The notes under the pieces are model-generated. The model was given only the letters and a program-made list of their open reading frames with translations. It made no database searches and was not told the origin of the DNA. A DNA stretch of 12,842 nt from Phycisphaerae bacterium (GTDB lineage Bacteria > Planctomycetota > Phycisphaerae > UBA1845): positions 1 to 12,842 of the forward strand of contig CAXXGO010000002.1 in the NCBI GenBank assembly GCA_963666835.2, read 5' to 3'. Positions 6,647-12,842 of the stretch are shown piece by piece (within the stretch, counting starts at the first letter, position 1; each line of letters starts with the position of its first letter). Both the position numbers and the translations under genes were made by a program.

Positions 6647-6913
6647 TCCAGTTGAAGGACACGATGTCATGTTCACTGCAGAGGAAGAAAGGAACACAGA
6701 GGCCATGGCCTTCCTTAAGAGCAATGGCTGTGCTGTTCAACTCTTGCGTTTCTGCGCAGGAGGAAGAACACTGATCGCCCGTTCCACGCGCTCCAGGTTG
6801 AGGATTGCCGCGGTTCCAACCTGCAGAACGCTGCTACCTCACGCTATTCCTGTTCTCAATAACCCCACGCCGGGGAAGCGCGTTAACTTCGTCCTAGTTT
6901 CCGGAGGTCCACA

Positions 6914-7639
6914 ATGAAGAACAAGCCCCACGTCATTGAGGTCTGGGGCGACTTCGCCTGCTTCAGTCGCCCCGAACTCAAAGTTGAGCGATGGAGTTAC
7001 CCATGTCCGACACCGAGCGCCGCACGTGCGATATTCGAAGCGGTATACGCAAAGCCGAACAAAGACCCCACCCAGGCCCAGTTCCGCTGGCAGGTGACAC
7101 GCGTCGAGCTACTGAAGCCGCCGACCTACATCGCCCTGCGGCGGAACGAGGTGGCCGACGTGGTCAGCACTGTCAATGTCAAGAAGTGGATGAAGGGCAC
7201 CGCCGCCCCCACACCGCTCATGGCGGATGACGGCGGCAACCGGCAGCAACGCCAGACGATGGCGTTGCGCGATGTGCGCTACCGTCTGCACGCCCGCATT
7301 GTCCCGTGGCCGGGGTTCGAGGGGAAGCGGGCTGCCCTTGACGCCCAATTCCGTCGGCGGGCGTCGCAAGGCAAATGCGTCTGGCAACCCTACCTCGGGT
7401 GCCGGGAGTTCGTGGCCTTCTTCAACTTGGTCGAAGACCCGGTAGAAAAACCGCCGGTTGTGGCGTATGACCAGGACGTCGGCTTCATGGTCTACGATGT
7501 CTTCGATCTATCGAGGGCAAACGGCAGCGACGCTCCACCGTTCATCAGCTTGTTCCGCGCGGTTATTCGCGGGGGCGTGCTGGAGGTTCCCGATTGGGAT
7601 GACCCGGCCGTCCGGAAGCCGGAAAGGAGGGCTGGGTAA
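6914..7639 (+). CDS. cas5: Type I-C Cas5 (Cas5d)
   Basis: 241 aa. VWGDFACFSRPELKVERWSYPCPTPSAARAIFEA, RRNEV, RQQRQTMALRDVRY, QPYLGCREF. SD GGAGGT. Confidence 0.96.
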   Translation: MKNKPHVIEVWGDFACFSRPELKVERWSYPCPTPSAARAIFEAVYAKPNKDPTQAQFRWQVTRVELLKPPTYIALRRNEVADVVSTVNVKKWMKGTAAPTPLMADDGGNRQQRQTMALRDVRYRLHARIVPWPGFEGKRAALDAQFRRRASQGKCVWQPYLGCREFVAFFNLVEDPVEKPPVVAYDQDVGFMVYDVFDLSRANGSDAPPFISLFRAVIRGGVLEVPDWDDPAVRKPERRAG

Positions 7640-9399
7640 TGCTGCACACGCTTGTAGATCACGCTAAACGCCTCAACCTGCATGCCGAGGCGGGTTTCAT
7701 TCCCAAGGTGGTTCGCTGGTTGATCGAGTTTGACGAGACCGGGCGGTTCCTTGGTGTGATTGAGCAGAGCGATCCGGAAGGCGGTCGCCGAAAGGGGCGG
7801 GCGTTTCAGAAGGCGCCCAATCTGAAGTTCTCCGGCGATTCGCCACTGCGGCAGTTTCTGGTCGACACGGCCCATTATGCATTGCTATACGGCGTCGAGA
7901 AGCCGGATAAGAAACTGCTGGCCAAGCACGGGTTCTTTCTGGACCTATTGCACCAAGCCGCGACGGCCGATCCGGTCTTTGCCGTCCTCTTCGACGCGCT
8001 CAGTGAAGATACGATACGCAGCAAAATCTGCGTCGCGCTCGAGGAGAGGAAAGCAAAACCGCCCGACAATGTCACTTTTGCCGTTCACAGTGCCGACGGC
8101 GGCGTGCGAGTTCCGGTTGAGGAGAGTTGCTGGCACGACTGGTGGCGCGAGTTCTTCCCCACACTGCTGCCTGAGAAAGGCGGCAACCAGGGAGACATGG
8201 TCTGCCTCTTGACGGGCAAGTTGACCGAGGCGGCCCGGACTCACCCGAAGATCAAGGGATTGGGCGGGGTCGGTGGTAAGGTTGAGACGGCGATGGTTGC
8301 GTTCAACGAGGACGCATTCGAGTCTTATGGGCTCTCACAATCGTACAATGCAGCCGTCGGCAAACAGGCCGCGGAGCAATACGCGGCAACGCTTAACCAC
8401 CTGATCGAACACAACAGCGTTACGTTGGCGGGTGCCAAGGTCGTTTATTGGTACGATCGCCAGGTCGAGCGGGGGGACGACCCGGTCCAATCGCTTCTAA
8501 CCGGCATCGACTTCGGTGAGGCTGAAGTCTCCGACAAGGAGCAAGAGCAAGCAGAACCATCCGAACGGGACGTAGCCCAGGCAGAAGACCGAGCTCGAGC
8601 CTTGCTCGATGCTATCCGCACCGGCAAGCGTCCCGATTTGGCGGACAGCCGTTATTACGCAGTGACCTTGTCGGGCAACTCAGCGCGCGTGGTCGTCCGC
8701 GACTGGATGGAAGGCCAGTTCACCGAACTGGCCGAGAACATCGCCGCTTGGTTTGAAGATCTCGCCATAGTCCGCCGTGACGGTGTCGATCTGGTCCGCT
8801 CGCACAAGTTCGCAGCGGTTCTTGCGGCCGCCGTCCGAGACCTCAAGGACATCCCGGGACCGTCGGTAGCCGCGCTCTGGCACGCCGCGATCCGGCAGCG
8901 ACCGATTCCCCACAACCTTGCCGCGCAGACCCTTGCACGCGTGAAGATCGACGTCATTCAGGACGATTCTCCTCGGCATGCCCGCCTTGGGCTTCTGAGG
9001 GCATTCCTAGTTCGTAACGGAGATACCGATATGAAACCGCATCTTAACGAAGACCATCCCTCGCCGGCCTACCATTGCGGCCGCCTGCTCGCAGTTCTGG
9101 CGTACATACAATATGTAGCCCTCGGTGACGTTGGAGCCGGCGTTGTGCAGCGGTATTACGCCGCCGCCAGCGCGACTCCCGCCCTCGTACTCGGCCGTCT
9201 TGCGCGTACCGCGCAGTTCCACTTGGACAAAATCGCCGACAAGAAGATACGTTTCGGGTTGGACAAACGCCTTGCCGAGATCTGGGGACGCATCGACGAC
9301 AGCATCCCGAGCACTCTAACGTTGGAGCAACAGACCATCTTCGCTCTCGGCTACTACCACCAGAAGGCCTATCGCGGGCCTTCGGCAGACAGTGAGTAG
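7639..9399 (+). CDS. cas8c: Type I-C large subunit Cas8c (Csd1)
   Basis: 586 aa. CLLTG...ARTHPKIKG, VAFNEDAFESYGLSQSYNAAV, LSGNSARVVVRDW, AYHCGRLLAVL, FALGYYHQ. TAATG overlap with cas5. Confidence 0.96.
   Translation: MLHTLVDHAKRLNLHAEAGFIPKVVRWLIEFDETGRFLGVIEQSDPEGGRRKGRAFQKAPNLKFSGDSPLRQFLVDTAHYALLYGVEKPDKKLLAKHGFFLDLLHQAATADPVFAVLFDALSEDTIRSKICVALEERKAKPPDNVTFAVHSADGGVRVPVEESCWHDWWREFFPTLLPEKGGNQGDMVCLLTGKLTEAARTHPKIKGLGGVGGKVETAMVAFNEDAFESYGLSQSYNAAVGKQAAEQYAATLNHLIEHNSVTLAGAKVVYWYDRQVERGDDPVQSLLTGIDFGEAEVSDKEQEQAEPSERDVAQAEDRARALLDAIRTGKRPDLADSRYYAVTLSGNSARVVVRDWMEGQFTELAENIAAWFEDLAIVRRDGVDLVRSHKFAAVLAAAVRDLKDIPGPSVAALWHAAIRQRPIPHNLAAQTLARVKIDVIQDDSPRHARLGLLRAFLVRNGDTDMKPHLNEDHPSPAYHCGRLLAVLAYIQYVALGDVGAGVVQRYYAAASATPALVLGRLARTAQFHLDKIADKKIRFGLDKRLAEIWGRIDDSIPSTLTLEQQTIFALGYYHQKAYRGPSADSE
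9031..9399 (+). CDS. cas11: Small subunit Cas11c, internally initiated in frame within cas8c (122 aa)
   Basis: In-frame ATG at 9031 (MKPHLNEDHPSPAYHCGRLL...) with GGAG at 9019-9022, 8 nt upstream. This is the position of the hidden internal start known in type I-C cas8c genes. Confidence 0.8.
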   Translation: MKPHLNEDHPSPAYHCGRLLAVLAYIQYVALGDVGAGVVQRYYAAASATPALVLGRLARTAQFHLDKIADKKIRFGLDKRLAEIWGRIDDSIPSTLTLEQQTIFALGYYHQKAYRGPSADSE

Positions 9400-9471
9400 C
9401 GTACATCATCCCCGGTGACCGTGACCGATTGAAGGACTCAATAGCCTACATTCACTATTAGGATAGATACA

Positions 9472-10437
9472 ATGAACGACTCCATTATGAACCGCTACGA
9501 GTTTCTCTTTCTCTTCGACTGCGAAAACGGCAATCCCAACGGCGATCCCGACGCCGGCAATGCCCCGCGCATCGATCCACAGGATATGCACGGTTTGGTG
9601 TCCGACGTGGCCATCAAACGTCGGATTCGAAACTATGTTCAGACGGCAAGAGGCAATGAAATGCCGAATGCGATCTTCATTGAACACGCCACCAATCTGA
9701 ATGCTAAGATCGTACGTTCGCACGAGGAGACCGGTGGCCTGCCAGAAAAGAAAGCTGCAAAAGAGAAAGTCTACGCCGCACGTGACTGGATGTGCGCGAA
9801 CTTCTTTGACGTTCGTGCATTTGGCGCGGTCATGTCGACCGGCCCCAATGCGGGTCAGGTTCGCGGGCCTGTACAGGTTGCCTTTGCTCGATCGGCTGAT
9901 CCTATTCTGCCGCTCGATCTATCCATCACACGGATGGCAGTTGCCGCGGACGTGAAAGGGGCCACGGGCAGCGCCGACTATCTCAAGTGGGAAGCCGAAC
10001 AACCCGAGGAGCAGCTTCGCACGATGGGCCGGAAGTCGCTGATACCTTACGGCCTGTTCGTCGGTAAGGGCTTCATTAGTGCCCACCTGGCTCAGCAGAC
10101 CGGCTTCTCCAAGGATGACCTGAAGCTGTTCTTCGAGGCCATTCTCAATATGTACGAGCATGACCGCTCGGCCAGCAAGGGTGTGATGACGGTGCGCCAA
10201 CCGGTGTACGTCTTCAAACACGTCGGCACTGACAGCGACGCCGAGCAGCGTAAACGGCAGGCCGTGCTCGGCTGTTGCCCGGCACAGGTGCTCTTCGAGC
10301 AGGTTGTCCAGGTCAGCAAGAACGACGGTGTTGACGCGCCGCGCGCGTTCTCAGACTACGCTGTCAACGTGAACCAGGGCGAGATTCCCAGCGGTGTCGA
10401 GCTTCTCGAGCTTCCGCGGGACATGGACAAGCTGTAG
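9472..10437 (+). CDS. cas7: Type I-C backbone subunit Cas7c (Csd2)
   Basis: 321 aa. [76 protein letters not shown]. Confidence 0.97.
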   Translation: MNDSIMNRYEFLFLFDCENGNPNGDPDAGNAPRIDPQDMHGLVSDVAIKRRIRNYVQTARGNEMPNAIFIEHATNLNAKIVRSHEETGGLPEKKAAKEKVYAARDWMCANFFDVRAFGAVMSTGPNAGQVRGPVQVAFARSADPILPLDLSITRMAVAADVKGATGSADYLKWEAEQPEEQLRTMGRKSLIPYGLFVGKGFISAHLAQQTGFSKDDLKLFFEAILNMYEHDRSASKGVMTVRQPVYVFKHVGTDSDAEQRKRQAVLGCCPAQVLFEQVVQVSKNDGVDAPRAFSDYAVNVNQGEIPSGVELLELPRDMDKL

Positions 10438-10449
10438 GTCGGGACGCTT

Positions 10450-10530
10450 CGATCTATGAACCGGGGATCTCAACTCGCGCGATGCTGATGTGCCAGTCAG
10501 CGTACGAGTTGAGATTCCCGGTTAAGGTCG
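10450..10530 (+). other. Long stem-loop between cas7 and cas4
   Basis: 19-bp core stem 10459-10477 / 10505-10523 (one G-U), inner GCUGA/UCAGC, outer CGAUCU/AGGUCG. Confidence 0.7.
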
Positions 10531-10654
10531 TTTCTCGAAAGCGGATAGGCTGCTCCTGCCCGGCATGGGATGGGTTCTCTCGGGAATTGCCGATCGGGTG
10601 TCAAAGTGACGGCAGAATAGCACGATAGGCGGTTCAAACAACAGGCGATTGTCA

Positions 10655-11467
10655 GTGTACACCGAAGACAACCTCATCCCCATCTCTGCGTTGCAGCATT
10701 TCATGTTTTGCGAGCGGCAGTGCGCGCTGATTCACATCGAGCGGTTATGGGCCGAGAATCGGTTGACGGTCGAGGGTAGCATCCTGCACGAGAAGGTACA
10801 CGACGGGCCAAGCGAGTCGCGGGCCGGGGTCCGCATCGCCCGGAGCTTGCCGCTGCGGTCGCTCCGCTTGGGGCTCGTCGGTATTGCTGACGTCGTGGAG
10901 TTTCACACAGAGAACTGCCAATCGATGATTGTTGCCGGCCGGTCTGATACGGAGCAGCTCGCTTCGAACGGAGCCGGCTTGCCGGGTGACCCGCGCGACT
11001 CCGAATGCCGGGCGGGAGGGCCACCTGCCGGAACCGACACGCCGGCCGTTGCCCCGCTGACACCCCCCGGACGGCCATTCCCGGTCGAGTACAAACACGG
11101 GCGGCCTAAAAGCGACGATTGCGACCGGGTGCAACTCTGTGCCCAGGCCTTGTGCCTCGAAGAGATGTTCGGTGTGCCGATTACGCAGGGATCGCTTTAC
11201 TATGGCCGCACCCGCCACCGGTGCGACGTAGACTTCGACGAGAATCTCCGCAGGACCACGGAACAAACGGCCGAGCGGATCCACAGGTTGCTTGAAGGCG
11301 GCCTGACACCCACCGTTCGGCGTCAGCCAAAGTGTCGGAACTGCTCGATGGTTCAGTTGTGTCTGCCCGAGGCAACCTCACCCGCGAAATCGGCGTCACG
11401 GTATCTCCAACGAACGCTGAGGGATTTGAGGCCGCCCGCGGATGGCGACGAGGATCCAACACCATGA
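10655..11467 (+). CDS. cas4: Cas4 RecB-like nuclease with an enlarged internal loop
   Basis: Likely GTG start at 10655 (track uses TTG 10649). LIPISALQHFMFCERQCALIH, EG..LH, GIADVVEF, PVEYKHGRPK, QLCAQALCLEEM, and Fe-S cysteines CRNCSMVQLC. Confidence 0.96.
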   Translation: MYTEDNLIPISALQHFMFCERQCALIHIERLWAENRLTVEGSILHEKVHDGPSESRAGVRIARSLPLRSLRLGLVGIADVVEFHTENCQSMIVAGRSDTEQLASNGAGLPGDPRDSECRAGGPPAGTDTPAVAPLTPPGRPFPVEYKHGRPKSDDCDRVQLCAQALCLEEMFGVPITQGSLYYGRTRHRCDVDFDENLRRTTEQTAERIHRLLEGGLTPTVRRQPKCRNCSMVQLCLPEATSPAKSASRYLQRTLRDLRPPADGDEDPTP

Positions 11468-12495
11468 AACAACACCTCAATACGTTGTTCGTGACCAGCG
11501 AAAACGCCTTCGTAGCCAAGGAAGGTCAGTCCGTCTCCGTGAAGATCGACGGCAAGCAGCAACTTCGCGTACCGCTCCACAACATCGGTGGGATTGTCTG
11601 TTTCGGGGCGATCGGCTGCAGCCCGGCCCTTATGGCGTTCTGCGCCGAGAACAACGTAGCTATATCGTTCATGACGACCGGCGGTCGGTTCTTGGCAAAG
11701 GTCTCCGGCTTCACCTCGGGGAATGTGCTGCTGCGCAGAGAGCAGTATCGTCGTGCGGATGACACCAAGGCGACAGTCGACATCGTGCGGAGTTTTCTGC
11801 TCGGCAAGATTGCCAACAGCCGCTCCGTCCTTATGCGCGCTGCGCGGGACCATCCGGACGGCGAAGACCGCGGTAAGCTCACCCGCGCGGTCAGTCTTCT
11901 CGGCGAGGCCATGGATGACGTCAATACCTTTGACGACCCTGACCAGCTTCGCGGCCTGGAGGGCAATGCCTCACGCACGTATTTCTCCGTACTTAACAGT
12001 GCGATAACGAATCCGGACGAGGCATTTCGCTTCAACGGAAGGAACCGTCGTCCGCCCAAGGACCGCGTCAACGCCTTGCTTTCGTTCCTGTACGCCATGC
12101 TCACGCACGACGCAAGATCAGCGTGTGAGGCGGCAGGGTTGGATCCGGCCGTTGGCTTCCTGCACCGTGACCGGCCGGGCAGACCGGGGCTCGCCCTCGA
12201 CCTTGTCGAGGAGTTCCGATCGTTCCTGGCCGACCGCGTGGCGTTATCGCTTATCAACCGGCAACAGGTTCGAGCCGGCGGGTTTGAATTGGACGAGGGA
12301 GGCGGGGTGACGATGGACGACGAGACCCGAAAGACCGTTCTGACCACGTATCAGAAGCGCAAGCAGGAGACCATCACGCATCCGTTCCTCGGCGAGAAGA
12401 CGACCGTGGGCCTGTTGGTTCATTTGCAGGCCCGGCTGCTAGCGCGTTATCTGCGCGGCGAGCTGGATGCCTATCCGCCGTTTTTGGCGCGTTAG
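11464..12495 (+). CDS. cas1: Type I-C Cas1 integrase (343 aa)
   Basis: True start is ATG 11464 (ATGA overlap with the cas4 stop). MKQHLNTLFVT, GNVLLRREQYR, LRGLEG, RRPPKDRVNALLSFLY, GLDPAVGFLHRDRPGRPGLALDLVEEFR, YPPF. Confidence 0.97.
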   Translation: MKQHLNTLFVTSENAFVAKEGQSVSVKIDGKQQLRVPLHNIGGIVCFGAIGCSPALMAFCAENNVAISFMTTGGRFLAKVSGFTSGNVLLRREQYRRADDTKATVDIVRSFLLGKIANSRSVLMRAARDHPDGEDRGKLTRAVSLLGEAMDDVNTFDDPDQLRGLEGNASRTYFSVLNSAITNPDEAFRFNGRNRRPPKDRVNALLSFLYAMLTHDARSACEAAGLDPAVGFLHRDRPGRPGLALDLVEEFRSFLADRVALSLINRQQVRAGGFELDEGGGVTMDDETRKTVLTTYQKRKQETITHPFLGEKTTVGLLVHLQARLLARYLRGELDAYPPFLAR

Positions 12496-12519
12496 TGGTA
12501 GTGCTGGTGGAGGCCAATG

Positions 12520-12810
12520 ATGTTCGTTCTGGTGACCTATGACGTATCGACGAAGACCCCGATCGGGCGGCGGCGGCTCAGCCGCGTGGCGAAGGCGTGT
12601 AAGGACTACGGCCTGCGGGCGCAGAACTCGGTGTTTGAGTGCCAAGTGGACCCAGCCCAGTTCGCGGCGTTGAAGCATCGTTTGCTGGAGATCGTGGAGC
12701 CCGAGGAGGATAGTCTGCGGTTCTACTTCCTCGGGTCGAACTGGAAACGCCGAGTGGAGCATCACGGTGCCAAGCCGACGCTCGACTTGGACGGCCCGTT
12801 GTTGATCTAG
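12520..12810 (+). CDS. cas2: Cas2 (96 aa)
   Basis: MFVLVTYDV, RRRLSRVAKACKDYGLRAQNSVFEC, DSLRFYFLG. GGAGG at 12509-12513 favours the second ATG (12520). Confidence 0.97.
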   Translation: MFVLVTYDVSTKTPIGRRRLSRVAKACKDYGLRAQNSVFECQVDPAQFAALKHRLLEIVEPEEDSLRFYFLGSNWKRRVEHHGAKPTLDLDGPLLI

Positions 12811-12842
12811 CCGTCCGCGAACCCTAAGTGGTGCCGGTAACC
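12811..12842 (+). promoter_or_regulatory. Start of the CRISPR leader; array expected beyond the window
   Basis: GCGAACC (12817-12823) followed by CTAAG right after cas2, the usual first arm of the GCGAAC...GTTCGC inverted motif of type I-C leaders. Confidence 0.65.

Noticed and set aside
156..9420. 13-nt identity ATCCCCGGTGACC at 156-168 and 9408-9420 (possible self-targeting guide)
   Set aside because: About one 13-mer match is expected by chance in a 12.8-kb window; no flanking repeat or PAM arrangement supports it.
10587..10626. Internal promoter or a further WYL-like box before cas4 (TTGCCG-N6-TGTCAA; GTGTCA-17-CACGAT)
   Set aside because: Weak consensus matches, and no TA dinucleotide at the N10 spacing seen in the two upstream boxes.
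11332..11463. 44-aa N-terminal extension of Cas1, or a Cas4-Cas1 fusion
   Set aside because: ORF-caller artefact. Cas1 homology starts at ATG 11464, and cas4 and cas1 are in different frames with an ATGA overlap.
4332..12765. Many short alternative-frame and antisense ORFs within cas genes (e.g. 11526..12347 -, 10745..11284 -)
   Set aside because: Expected by-products of GC-rich codon usage, fully overlapping well-supported cas genes.
12811..12842. CRISPR array
   Set aside because: Only 32 nt of leader are present; no repeat-spacer units are visible, so the repeat and targets cannot be stated.

Overview
High-GC bacterial window with two divergent halves. Right half (4298-12842, + strand): a complete type I-C CRISPR-Cas operon, cas3-cas5-cas8c (with an internally initiated cas11c)-cas7-cas4-cas1-cas2, ending in the start of a leader. 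No CRISPR array is inside the window. Left half (1-~3520, mostly - strand): a module typical of an integrative mobile element. It has a 474-aa hypothetical protein with a probable C-terminal DNA-binding domain, short direct repeats, and two genes missing from the ORF track: a 56-aa excisionase-like HTH gene and a >=474-aa GHKL ATPase of the topoisomerase VI-B/VIII-B type that runs off the left edge. The 1.1-kb junction holds most of the unexplained signal. It contains a candidate 77-nt antisense RNA opposite a 29-aa sORF, two copies of a WYL-regulator-like box at identical distance from extended -10 elements, a 5' remnant of a probable SNF2-type defence helicase gene, and a leader ORF coupled to a hairpin-occluded cas3 start. 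The cas intergenic regions carry a shared degenerate motif and a long hairpin. All family assignments are from motif recognition by eye; no searches were run.
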